A stretch of DNA of 63,907 nt, the filler included, from Gemmatimonadota bacterium (GTDB lineage: Bacteria > 4572-55 > J002): NCBI GenBank assembly GCA_003697105.1. It is 5 parts of 5 records of this genome, joined end to end, with 100 filler letters (N's around TTAATTAATTAA, not from the genome) between each part and the next. Parts side by side here need not be neighbours in the genome. Positions count along the whole stretch, not along the records: positions 26,856 to 41,814 come from RFFQ01000177.1; positions 41,915 to 61,157 come from RFFQ01000020.1; 3 more parts are not named here. One strand, given 5' to 3'. How positions within the stretch are numbered: position 1 is the first letter of the stretch; every line of letters begins with the position of its first letter. Position numbers and translations under genes: made by a program. The notes beneath the pieces were generated by a model that saw only the letters and a program-made list of their open reading frames with translations, had not been told where the DNA came from and did no database searches. Shown here one piece after another: positions 38,301 through 47,226 of this stretch.

Positions 38301-41300
38301 TGCCGGTTTTTTCTGCCCTTCATCGGCGTCATAGAGCCATGCTTCTGCTACGGAGAGTTCATGACCGCGCAACAGGAGGTCATGGCTGCGATTCTGTTTA
38401 TCCCACTCCGTTGCACGCTGTGCCCATTTGGTGTGGTTTTTCACATGCTCCCGGTCCGTATCCAGTGTCCGAATGAGTTGCCCAAACGTGGTTTGAAATT
38501 CACTTCGCCGGTGTTCAAAATCGATCCATTGGATGGTGCGCAACCCTGCCGGGATGCTGTCTTCATCTTCAACGGTATGGTAAAGTACCGGCACAATTCG
38601 TTTATTCAAACGCTGGGCATACTCAACTTCAGCGGTGCAATAAGGGGACTCTATGGCGGCAGGGGAAATGATAAACAAAAAGTTATCGGAGTTTTCAATA
38701 CCGTGATAAATTTCCTGCTGGAAATCCACACCGGTATCGATACTTTCTTGATCGAACCAAGTCGTTTTACCCTGTTCTTGTAACATTTCGTTCAACAAGC
38801 GCGCAAAATCGGCATCCGCACGGGAATAGGAGATAAACACATCGAGGGAGATGTCCACCGGTTGGGAGGCACTCTCTTGGATAAACGCTTCGTGAACCGG
38901 TAAGGCGGGATGATGTTTATGTGTTCGTGCGGTTTCCAACCAACTTTCTGCTTTTTGTAAGGCATGACCGCGCAACAACACCGTTGTGTTGTTGTGTTGG
39001 CGTTGCCAGCGCAACGCTTTGACCAACAGCAACTTATGCTGGTCGTAATATGTCTGCTCGTGGTGAAGTTTTTCAATCAGTTGGGCAGTCGCTTTGAGAT
39101 AGACACTACCAGCGCTTTGTTTTTCCGTATCGATGAGATCGAGGAACTGAACTCGAGCTCGCTCCACCGGAAATTCACCGGTGGAAGTGGGTTCGAGCCG
39201 TAGAGAGATTATCCGTTTGTTCAGTTGGGCGGCATATTGTAGCTCATGTTGGCAGGTTTCGGTGGCGAGTGATTCCGGTGATTGCAGAAAGACCACCGTG
39301 GTAGTTTCTTCAATGGCTTTGTGTATTTCATCTTGGGATTCAATGCCGGTATCGCCGCGGGTTGGATTTGTCCACACCGTGAAGCTATGGCGCATTAGCG
39401 TTCGTTTGATTTGGTTCATTATCGCCAGGTCTGGTGGGGCATAGCAGATGAAGACATCGGTCACCAATCCGTAGGCATTTTTGTGACCTTCAGTAATGTA
39501 TTCACAGTGCAGATCGGTGGGTTCGCAGGGGGGTTGTTCCCGCTCAAAGTGAATTTTTAGCCACGCTTCTGCTTGTAAGCGTTCTTCGCCCACCGGTAGA
39601 TACGAGTTGCGGCGCTGATGATGTTCCCAATCCAATGCTTTGATCAAAATTTGGGTATGCTGACGGACATAATCTGCATGTTTTTGGATGCGGGCTACCA
39701 ATTCCTGTAGCGAACGCTGGATGTCATCCTCCTGTTCTCGAAAATAGAGCCACTTTTGCTGGCGGATCTCGTCTGTGAGGGTTTCGTTTTCCGGAAGCTG
39801 GTACTGCTCATTTTCTGAACGGAGGGTTACGGTATTTTGCGCCATGACGTCCCAGTCCGCTTCGGAGGGCATCTGGTGGAGGACGGGGATGACCCGCTTG
39901 TTCAAGTGTCGTGCCCAGAGCAATTCTTTGAGGGTGTTCATCGAGCGAACACTGCCGGGAGAAATTACAAATACGATGTTATCCGATTTGATAATGCCTT
40001 CCTCATGGGACTTCTGAACATCCGTTTCAAGCGGGGCTTGGTGGGGATCGAACCACACATTTAAGCCCTGATCCGCCAATCCCATGAATAATGTCCAGAC
40101 CCGTTCGAGGCTGTCCTGAGGGGAGTACGAGATAAACACATCTTTAATGTCGTGCCAATCCGTAGCAAGTTGGGATTGGTAACGCTGTTTAAGGCTCTCC
40201 CGAATGAAGGTATGGTGGAGTTCGGTTGGCTGGGAGACCCCTTGACTCTGAGCTTCGGTTTCAAGCCATTGAACGGCGGCATCCAACGCCTCACCGGAAA
40301 GTAAATCGGCTTCTTTCCGGTGATTTTTATCCCATTTAAGTGCCTGTACCAACAGCATTTTATGGGTATGGGTTGATTCCCATTCGTCCTCAATCTTGCC
40401 ATAAATCTGATCGAGGTTTTTTTCGTACTGTACATCATTGAGCGCCGTAAAGTCGGTGTACGTCAGTTCGCGGATTTCTGGCGGCATTTCTTGATAATCA
40501 ACCGGTTCGATGAGTACCGGAAGGATACGTTTATTGTACTTGAGCGCCGTTTGCAGTTCAAACAGTAAAAAGGGAGATTTGCAAGAGGCAGGGGAGATAT
40601 AAAAAATGACATTATCTGCCTCTTGAATGCCTTCTTCTAGGGCGTCTTCAAATTTGATGTCTTTGCGGATGTCTTTGGTGTCAATCCAGGTGGTAATGCC
40701 TCGCCGGAGCAAGAAGCGGTTAAAGCGTTCCATGATGGGCGCATCCACGCGGGCATACGCCATAAAGACATGGGTCATCCAATTTTCGGCGTATTTTTTA
40801 CTTTCGCAGATGAATTCCGCGTGACGGTGTGTCGGGTGACATGGGGGTTGGGCGGGAGGTTTGAATTCGCGTTTCAGCCACTGTTCCGCTGCCAGCAGAT
40901 CATCCCCGGTCAGGAGGTAGGCTTCATCTTTCTGATTATGTTCCCATTCTAGTGCTTTGTATAACAATTGGGTATGGCGGTGGACATAGTCTTCTTCAGT
41001 TTGAAACACGGCAATGAGTTCGCGGATTGCCGTATCCAAATCATCAATCGCTTGCCATGCTTCGAGCGGCTTATCCGGTTCGTACTTTTCGCGGGCGTAA
41101 ATCCAATTGGTTTTTTGGATGACCGGTGGCATTTTGCTGGTATCGGCTTCCACGTGGAGGATGGGGATAATCCGTTTACCGTGTTGCAGCGCATGTTCAA
41201 TTTCCCGGTAGCAGTAAGGGGATTCCACAGAATGGGGGGAGATGATAAAGATAAAATTGTGAGCGAGTTCAATACCATTATCAATCCGGCGTTGATAATC

Positions 41301-41435
41301 GTCACCTTTGGGAATATTGATGAAATCAAACCAAGCATCAAATCCGGCGGTACTTAGCTGCTGGTAAAGACGGCGGGCAAAATGCAGACTTTCTTTCCGA
41401 CCGTATGAGATAAAGGCATCTTTAATATCGTTCAT
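35364..41435 (-). CDS. penta-TIR / transmembrane / coiled-coil / WD40-repeat protein
   Basis: five (D/H)xF(I/M)(S/A/C)Y...SP.S....C..E-type TIR units; TM ITLTAITLGLLIALFLATVALL; about 16 WD40 repeats; C-terminal ACRTAGRNLTPAEW. Confidence 0.93.
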   Translation of the reverse strand: MNDIKDAFISYGRKESLHFARRLYQQLSTAGFDAWFDFINIPKGDDYQRRIDNGIELAHNFIFIISPHSVESPYCYREIEHALQHGKRIIPILHVEADTSKMPPVIQKTNWIYAREKYEPDKPLEAWQAIDDLDTAIRELIAVFQTEEDYVHRHTQLLYKALEWEHNQKDEAYLLTGDDLLAAEQWLKREFKPPAQPPCHPTHRHAEFICESKKYAENWMTHVFMAYARVDAPIMERFNRFLLRRGITTWIDTKDIRKDIKFEDALEEGIQEADNVIFYISPASCKSPFLLFELQTALKYNKRILPVLIEPVDYQEMPPEIRELTYTDFTALNDVQYEKNLDQIYGKIEDEWESTHTHKMLLVQALKWDKNHRKEADLLSGEALDAAVQWLETEAQSQGVSQPTELHHTFIRESLKQRYQSQLATDWHDIKDVFISYSPQDSLERVWTLFMGLADQGLNVWFDPHQAPLETDVQKSHEEGIIKSDNIVFVISPGSVRSMNTLKELLWARHLNKRVIPVLHQMPSEADWDVMAQNTVTLRSENEQYQLPENETLTDEIRQQKWLYFREQEDDIQRSLQELVARIQKHADYVRQHTQILIKALDWEHHQRRNSYLPVGEERLQAEAWLKIHFEREQPPCEPTDLHCEYITEGHKNAYGLVTDVFICYAPPDLAIMNQIKRTLMRHSFTVWTNPTRGDTGIESQDEIHKAIEETTTVVFLQSPESLATETCQHELQYAAQLNKRIISLRLEPTSTGEFPVERARVQFLDLIDTEKQSAGSVYLKATAQLIEKLHHEQTYYDQHKLLLVKALRWQRQHNNTTVLLRGHALQKAESWLETARTHKHHPALPVHEAFIQESASQPVDISLDVFISYSRADADFARLLNEMLQEQGKTTWFDQESIDTGVDFQQEIYHGIENSDNFLFIISPAAIESPYCTAEVEYAQRLNKRIVPVLYHTVEDEDSIPAGLRTIQWIDFEHRRSEFQTTFGQLIRTLDTDREHVKNHTKWAQRATEWDKQNRSHDLLLRGHELSVAEAWLYDADEGQKKPAPTALQRAWIGASRQAIRAAELAVERRRRITLTAITLGLLIALFLATVALLQRMEAERQREIAIQNEQEALHQRQIAFENEQEALHQREIALRNEQEAIHQKERALQNEQEAIRQREIALQNAQEALRQKSIADSQRVIAERKEQEALAQKAIADSQRVIALQNEQEANRQRIIAMARQLVAESAKALSNSRPQRSLLLAAEAINATQREGLPTVPAAENALRNGLLNAGGIGLGGHTQPVTAVATLFDATQRLVATASRDGSVQLWSLDENGIPLREPVQFTGHVTAVQAVQFLPDRNQMITAGADGTLRIWSLEGNTPPQIIYAHDKPINTLVLSPDGTHIATASEDGTAKIWDMTAGTNTVPLVLTGHSGGVTDVAFSPDGKWVATAGKDNTARLWDLKSPRKPSVPLTGHTGQVYDVTFSPNSRWLVTSSRDNTLRLWRLKHPVVTLRTVLTGHTGLIYQAAFSADGRYLASASADHTARLWFLPDLREMPHILKGHTGPVLSVAFTPDNHYLITGSWDHTARLWDLTRDNPALNPTILKSHEAGVKQLQISHDGRWLITGSDDGSARLWNLNPPDPTAVSVVLSSHKKSINGVAMSTDNRWLVSASRDSSVQLWNIQEDRPHPVILGKHGDVVNDAAISPDGKWVASGGADGLLYRWDTTSLTSSAEPQRLGEHDGAVLHLTFTPDSRHVFSIGQDGTLRRWNVETGASDILYTHTTPPTQIALSSGGKWLATGTTDGHVLLWKLPQRGEPQHLSAHQGAILSMAFSQDETWLLTGSEDNTAHLWDLSRTPAKEKMILNGHGEDKWGFSGITAVAISPDNRWIATGGKDNTVRLWDLASEAPVHNPVVLPGHQSPISTIIISPDNHWLITGSWDKTARLWDLTSQNPSEEPILLEGHTDAIATMTISSDGQWLVTGSWDGAIRLWALTSKELIDLACRTAGRNLTPAEWERYFGNRPYCKVCPTLPAKVDNHCD
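37780..38140 (-). repeat. 42-bp (14-aa) periodic coiled-coil repeat within the TIR protein
   Basis: EQEA(L/I)(H/R)Q(R/K)(E/Q)IALQN-type unit repeated about 7-8 times. Confidence 0.85.
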
Positions 41436-41814
41436 GCCGGGGGCGATTCATTATTTGAGGTGGGGATAATAGAAAATGTAACGTTTCTTATTGAATTCGG
41501 GGTATCATAAATTCATTTATTCAGGTCTTGCTCCTGGGTTGAAACGGAACGTGAACGGTTTTGGAAGCTCGCTTAACCAGTTTGGTGATGGCATCGTCCT
41601 CTGTTTTACCATAAGACCAAATCATACCGTAACGACCTGCGGTTAAGCTGCGCGAGCACGTCTAAAGTCTTCCATATTGCAATGAAATCGGTTATATACG
41701 CTTTTGATTTTGCCACTTATTCAATACCTTCGCCAAAATTTGAGGTGACCTGATATTCTCTTTACATTATAGCATGATTGACTTTCTATTTTCATTCATT
41801 GCTATAAGAGGAGA

Positions 41815-41914
41815 NNNNNNNNNNNNNNNNNNNNNNNNNNNNNNNNNNNNNNNNNNNNTTAATTAATTAANNNNNNNNNNNNNNNNNNNNNNNNNNNNNN
41901 NNNNNNNNNNNNNN
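41815..41914. other. artificial contig linker
   Basis: N run with TTAATTAATTAA. Confidence 0.97.
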
Positions 41915-41916
41915 CT

Positions 41917-41950
41917 AAAAAACAAAAAACCCGGCGTCATGCACCGGGTT
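41917..41950 (-). terminator. intrinsic terminator after the STAS gene
   Basis: AACCCGG-loop-CCGGGTT with a T tract on the minus strand. Confidence 0.75.
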
Positions 41951-41979
41951 CTCCTCGCTAACAGACAGACAAAGCGAAT

Positions 41980-42408
41980 TTAATCAGGTAGCTCGATTCC
42001 TTCCTCCAGCGATTGAGACTGCTTTTTCAACCCGCGCAACTCAAAAAAACCGCAGTAATCCAGAACATCATGTACCGGATTTTCTGGATTGGTGGAGACG
42101 GTGACATTGATTTTTTGTTTATAGAGTGACAGATAAAACTGGCACAAATGCCCAATCGCCAAGGAATTGATGTATTCAATCGGGTACAGATCAAACACCA
42201 CCGTTTTGTAGGTTGTGTTTTGCTCAAACCAAAGTTTGAATTTGCTGCGCTGTTCAACGAAGAGCCCTTCGGAATGGATTGCATCTAGCTTTCCTTCAAA
42301 GGTGACTACCAGCACATCGTCTCGATCCGTGACCTTATTAAAGGTGATTGTTGCCCCCGATGTCGATAACTTTTCAATCACTTCTAGTTGTGATGATTTT
42401 AAGACCAT
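41980..42408 (-). CDS. STAS-domain anti-sigma-factor antagonist-like protein
   Basis: VVTFEGKLDA, VVFDLYPIEYINSLAIG (phosphorylatable Ser position), VHDVLDYCGF. Confidence 0.8.
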   Translation of the reverse strand: MVLKSSQLEVIEKLSTSGATITFNKVTDRDDVLVVTFEGKLDAIHSEGLFVEQRSKFKLWFEQNTTYKTVVFDLYPIEYINSLAIGHLCQFYLSLYKQKINVTVSTNPENPVHDVLDYCGFFELRGLKKQSQSLEEGIELPD

Positions 42409-42516
42409 CTCTCTTCCCTCAAAACGTGCGAGAGTAAATTTACGCTAAATTTGGGTATATCGTAGCACACTTTTGGTGATAAGTCAATATAAAAATCTGA
42501 GTCGATTTGCGCTGAA

Positions 42517-42554
42517 ATAAAAAGGGTCATTGCCGTACCGCAGTGACCCTTTAT
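42517..42554 (-). terminator. intrinsic terminator after the PPIase gene
   Basis: AAAGGGTCATTGC-loop-GCAGTGACCCTTT with A/T flanks. Confidence 0.75.
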
Positions 42555-42581
42555 TGCCGGTTTATAGCAATGTGCCGCTAG

Positions 42582-43580
42582 CTATTGGTCGTGATCCTTT
42601 TGCCGGGAAGTATCCGGCGGGGAGGCATTTGCAATTTCAATCGTCGCTTTTACACGCAAGGAATCTAACAAAGCACTGATTTGCTCGTTCGTTCGTTGGT
42701 CCCGCAGGTAGTTTTGGATGTCGGTTTTGACACTATCAAAAGGCACGATTTCGCCCTCTTGTTTTTCAAACATTTTGATGATGTGATACCCAAACTGCGT
42801 TTCGACCACATCACTGATTTCCCCGGGCTTCAAAGCAAACGCCGCCTGTTCAAAGGGGGGTACCATCTGCCCGCGACCAAAAAAGCCTAAATCACCTCCG
42901 CGGGGTGCCGAGGGACCTTCGGAGGAGGCTTTGGCAATTTCGGCAAAACTATCCGGGTTGGCACGAGCAACGACCAGCAAACTATCAATTTTATGCCGGG
43001 CGGCCGCTTTTTGTTCGGGGGTATCGTCTTGACCGGATCGAACTAAGATATGGCTGGCTTTCACTTGTTCCGACTGCTCAAACTCACTGAGGTTTTCATC
43101 ATAAAATTTTCGGGCGTCCTCCTCAGAAATCTCAATGTTTGCTTGAATCTCATCTTCAATGTATTTCCGAATGACAAAATCGGTTTTGATTAATTCTCGT
43201 ACCTGTTCTTCACTGAGATTTATACCATCCATTTGAATTTGTGCCATTTGGCTATCGATCACGGCTTCTTCAAGTGTCACATGTGCTTGTTGTGCTTGCT
43301 GGTAGAGCAATTCCCGGTCGATGAGTTGGTCAATAAGTTGTTGCCGGATTTGGGCTTCCAGCTCCGGAGTCAAGGGTTGTCCCATCATTTGGGCGCGCTG
43401 TAATTCCGGTTGTAGATAGAGATCGACGATCTCATTCGAGATGGCTTTCCCGTTGACCGTGAATGCCACATCATCTGACGGGGTGGCTTGTTGACGTTCC
43501 GGTTGTTCCGCCGGAGCCGAACAAGCTAAAAATAGACACGAAAATAGGGTCAAAGCGGTTGAAAAAAAAGTGCTACGCAT
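42582..43580 (-). CDS. PpiC-type peptidyl-prolyl isomerase lipoprotein (SurA/PrsA-like)
   Basis: lipobox FLAC; VKASHIL, GGDLGFF.RGQMV.PFE.AAF, ETQFGYHII. Confidence 0.93.
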   Translation of the reverse strand: MRSTFFSTALTLFSCLFLACSAPAEQPERQQATPSDDVAFTVNGKAISNEIVDLYLQPELQRAQMMGQPLTPELEAQIRQQLIDQLIDRELLYQQAQQAHVTLEEAVIDSQMAQIQMDGINLSEEQVRELIKTDFVIRKYIEDEIQANIEISEEDARKFYDENLSEFEQSEQVKASHILVRSGQDDTPEQKAAARHKIDSLLVVARANPDSFAEIAKASSEGPSAPRGGDLGFFGRGQMVPPFEQAAFALKPGEISDVVETQFGYHIIKMFEKQEGEIVPFDSVKTDIQNYLRDQRTNEQISALLDSLRVKATIEIANASPPDTSRQKDHDQ

Positions 43581-43813
43581 GAAAACTCCTTAAGGTTGTG
43601 TATGTGAATCCGGCTCTATGATAATATGTTCACACACTTGAATAAGTTTGATGAATTAACCTCGCCACGCTATCTTCCTCTCATGAAGGATATATTTTGT
43701 AAAGGCGAAAAGTATCCGCACAATATAACCTTTTTGAGCAAAAAGTCGAGAGTAAATACCTGAAAACGGGGTTTCGGAAAAAATAAATTTTACAGCCGGC
43801 GTGATGAGGGGTA

Positions 43814-44677
43814 TCAAATTGGAGATAATCCTGCTTGCTGGCGACGCTCATTAAGGCGGGATTTGACGTACTCCGAGCCATGTTCCGGCGAAATCGGTTG
43901 GTGGTTGAGTTCCCAATCGGCGGTGCTGTAACCAAAGGGTGCCATCAATTCATCAAAAATGGGGCGAAACTTCTCCACATCGGTGGGGGTAAACCACTGC
44001 CGCCAGTTGCCGCTACCTTTTGTACGAATTACGTGATGATACTCGGACTCCACCGGCACCTCCGTGACCAACCGGAAACCCAAATAGGCTTCCAGAGAAG
44101 CCGCGCGGTGCGTGATCATGTCTTCATAACGAACAACCTGATAGTCCGGGTGGGTTTCCAAAAAAATCAAGCTGTTGCGGGCATTACGGCGCATTTCTGC
44201 AAAGAAGTGGGTTTCATCAAAATGATGCCGTAATAGAGGGAATAACTCGATCAACGGGACATCTGCCGGATGTGCTTCTTTTTGACGCAGCCGCTCCAAT
44301 ATCTGGACAATTTGATCCGGCTCTTTCCGCCAGAGGACTTCCGTAGCGCCACCGTACAATAACGAACTGATGATCAGGTCGCGGGGGTCACGAGCCAGCA
44401 GAACCTTATGCGTCATACGGGGATTGAGTTTCGGTAGCAATCCGTTTTGCAAAGCGGCAGGGATAATGACCTTGATCAGTACCGGTTTTGTTCCTTCCAA
44501 AGCCGTTTCAATGGGTGCAAATTCGCCCGGTTCAAAAAAGGTGACCGGCGGGTGAGGTAACGAATGCTTGATCTGGGAAAACAGTAACGTCGTTCCAGAG
44601 CGGGCGTACCCCACAATGAGAATCCGGTGCCGGACCTCCGCAATAGACCGGAAAAGAGATTTGAAGAGCCTTTTCAT
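43814..44677 (-). CDS. sulfotransferase-family protein
   Basis: PAPS loop IVGYARSGTTLL; RDPRD; VVRYED; W..WFT. Confidence 0.8.
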   Translation of the reverse strand: MKRLFKSLFRSIAEVRHRILIVGYARSGTTLLFSQIKHSLPHPPVTFFEPGEFAPIETALEGTKPVLIKVIIPAALQNGLLPKLNPRMTHKVLLARDPRDLIISSLLYGGATEVLWRKEPDQIVQILERLRQKEAHPADVPLIELFPLLRHHFDETHFFAEMRRNARNSLIFLETHPDYQVVRYEDMITHRAASLEAYLGFRLVTEVPVESEYHHVIRTKGSGNWRQWFTPTDVEKFRPIFDELMAPFGYSTADWELNHQPISPEHGSEYVKSRLNERRQQAGLSPI

Positions 44678-44725
44678 GGAGGGAATCCCGTAAAAATAGG
44701 GGAAGAAAATGTAGCACGTGACCGA

Positions 44726-47131
44726 TCAAAACTCCACAACCACCCCACCGACGGGCAGGGTTTCAAACTGATAGATCGTCTCCCGGTCACCGTCATCCTC
44801 GTAGGAATAATCCCAGATATTATGCTGATTGTAGAGATTTTCGATCTCGATAAACGTGACCAAATTCCACGATTTGAAGAAGTAACGCCGGTCCATCCGA
44901 ACATCCAAGCGATGGTATGCCGGTAACCGCTCCGTGTTTATATCTTGCACCTCTTCAACTTGCCACTGTTTGAATTCTGGGTGATAGACCGGCGGGGTGT
45001 AGGGTCTTCCACCCAAATAGCGCCATTTAAGCCCCAATTGCACCTGATCGGCAAACGGGAGCATCCAACCGGTAATTTTGTACCAGATGGATTTGCTCAT
45101 CTCCTGATACCATCCTTTTTCGTCCATATTGATGCGGTAGCCCGTGATAAGGGTGAACACGTGACGATAATCAAAATGCCAATCAAACGTTTTACCGGGA
45201 TAACGGGGGTCATCTGCCTCTGCGACGGAGTAGGAGTAGCTCAGGGTCCCGTAAAAATTGCGTGACAGTTTTTTCTGCAAAAAAAGTTCAATACCGCGCG
45301 CACGCCCACCACCCGCATTGACGAAAATCCCCTCATCGGGATCATTCGGTTCAGGTGTCGTTTCATACAACCGTACCGGAAAATCATCGTATGTTTTGTA
45401 ATAGACTTCCAGAGTTCCTTTGAAATCATCTGCAAAGAGATGTTCAATTCCGGCAACGTACTGGGTCGTGTATTTGTGTTTAAGGTGATCGTTTGCCGGA
45501 TTACGGGTGAGTTCAAAGTAAGCAGGTGACTGATAATGGACACCATACGCCAGATTGATCGCGGTGCGGGGCGTTATCTCATAAGAAAATCCAGTGCGAG
45601 GGCTGAAATAGGAATTGCCGGTATAATCAAAATAATCATAACGAAGTCCCCCTTGTAACGTCAGGCGTGAGGTGGGGCGTAATTTAATTTGCATGTAACC
45701 CGCGTATTTGTAGGCACGTTCATTCTGCTGAACATCCATTTCGTAGATAACCGGTTGTCCGGTTTGGGGATCGATTACCGGGAAACTATCCACCACCACG
45801 CCGTTTTCATACTGGTAATAGGTCAATGTGTCCGGGCGTGCCCACATCGTGTAATCAAAATGGGTCTGTTTGAGGGAAATTCCGGTAGCTACTTCAAATT
45901 TTGGCGTGATTTGGTAGGTCAGATCATATTTAAGCTGTGTTTCTTTTTCGGTCGTATCGTTGCGCCAATCCAACAGCCACGTATCAACCTTATACACCGT
46001 TTCATCCCAGTGCGTCTGAGAGTGAGACAGGGTCAACAGCCCATATCCTTGGCTACCCATCAGAGAGCGCAAGGTGGCGCCTACCGTCCACTGCACCGAG
46101 CCAGACCGCACATCCATATCGTTACTGGAACCGTAGCCGGTCGTTTCGCCTTCAATATGGATATTGTCATCGCCGAACAGCCCGTTAAGAATCAGTTTGT
46201 GAGTTTGGGAGAGATCGTACACTATCTTGCCCTGAAAATTGTAATATTGGGGCACCGCAGTCAGACCAATACCACTGATGATCAGATCAAGATAGCTTTT
46301 GCGAGCGGAAACGAGATACGAGCCCTTACCCCCAGCGAAGGGACCTTCCAACAAACCTCCTGCTCCTGCCATGCTCAGTTCCAGCGAAGAGATTCGCTGC
46401 TGGCGACTTCCTTCTCGCAATCGAATTTCCATCACAGAGGAGGCTTTATCCCCATATTTTGCCGGAAACGCCCCCGCCATAAAATCAACCTCGCGGATAA
46501 ACGCCGTGTTGAGCATGTTGATGGGACCGCCGGTGGTGCCGATTCGCCCAAAATGGTTGGGGTTCGGGATTTCCACATTATCCATCAAAAACAGATTTTC
46601 ACCCGGGGCGCCACCCCGCACAATGATTTCGTTTTCCTGATCGGCTGCAGAAACGACCGCAGGTAAGGCTTGCATCACGCGCTGGATGTCACCCACGCCC
46701 CCCGGTTGTTCACGGATTTCTTCGTAATCCATCGTGCGAGTGCTGACAATGGCATCTTTGGCTTTGTCAAAGTACGAACCGTGCACTTCGACGCCTTCAA
46801 CAGCAATATATTGCACCGCCATCTCTACCACGAGCGTGGTGATCGTCCCCGGATTGATAAATACATTCGGTTTAACCGTTGTTTTGTACCCGATCCGGCT
46901 GATCTGCACTCGATACACTCCCGGTGGGATGTTGTGGAATGTAAACTGCCCGTTGTCGTCCGCCAAAGTCCTGTTAGGGGTATCTAGCAGTTGCACACTT
47001 GCGCCGGCGACGGCTTGTAACGTGGCTTCGTCAATCACTTTGCCGGTGAGCGTCCCCGGCTCGCGTTCAGCGGCGCGTCCGGAAACAGATACCAACAATA
47101 AGCAGAGTACGCTGGAGACCCATAATCGCAT
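44726..47131 (-). CDS. TonB-dependent receptor with carboxypeptidase-regulatory-like N-domain
   Basis: GTLTGKVID; IIVRGG.PGEN; GAFPAKYG..SSV; terminal VVVEF. Confidence 0.92.
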   Translation of the reverse strand: MRLWVSSVLCLLLVSVSGRAAEREPGTLTGKVIDEATLQAVAGASVQLLDTPNRTLADDNGQFTFHNIPPGVYRVQISRIGYKTTVKPNVFINPGTITTLVVEMAVQYIAVEGVEVHGSYFDKAKDAIVSTRTMDYEEIREQPGGVGDIQRVMQALPAVVSAADQENEIIVRGGAPGENLFLMDNVEIPNPNHFGRIGTTGGPINMLNTAFIREVDFMAGAFPAKYGDKASSVMEIRLREGSRQQRISSLELSMAGAGGLLEGPFAGGKGSYLVSARKSYLDLIISGIGLTAVPQYYNFQGKIVYDLSQTHKLILNGLFGDDNIHIEGETTGYGSSNDMDVRSGSVQWTVGATLRSLMGSQGYGLLTLSHSQTHWDETVYKVDTWLLDWRNDTTEKETQLKYDLTYQITPKFEVATGISLKQTHFDYTMWARPDTLTYYQYENGVVVDSFPVIDPQTGQPVIYEMDVQQNERAYKYAGYMQIKLRPTSRLTLQGGLRYDYFDYTGNSYFSPRTGFSYEITPRTAINLAYGVHYQSPAYFELTRNPANDHLKHKYTTQYVAGIEHLFADDFKGTLEVYYKTYDDFPVRLYETTPEPNDPDEGIFVNAGGGRARGIELFLQKKLSRNFYGTLSYSYSVAEADDPRYPGKTFDWHFDYRHVFTLITGYRINMDEKGWYQEMSKSIWYKITGWMLPFADQVQLGLKWRYLGGRPYTPPVYHPEFKQWQVEEVQDINTERLPAYHRLDVRMDRRYFFKSWNLVTFIEIENLYNQHNIWDYSYEDDGDRETIYQFETLPVGGVVVEF

Positions 47132-47152
47132 GTGTCTATCTTGTTCGCCTTA

Positions 47153-47200
47153 AATAAAAAATAAAAGAAGCCCATCTTACGGAATGTGAAAGACGGGCAA
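47153..47200 (-). terminator. intrinsic terminator after the esterase pair
   Basis: GCCCGTCTT...AAGATGGGC on the minus strand followed by TTCTTTTATTTTTT. Confidence 0.7.
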
Positions 47201-47226
47201 GATCAATACAAACCGGATGTCGCATC

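Noticed and set aside
41436-42408. STAS protein as part of the TIR operon
   Set aside because: It is on a different contig and has its own terminator
45689-46666. 325-aa antisense ORF and the many other shadow ORFs in the track
   Set aside because: They overlap well-supported genes on the opposite strand or in another frame and show no recognisable motifs
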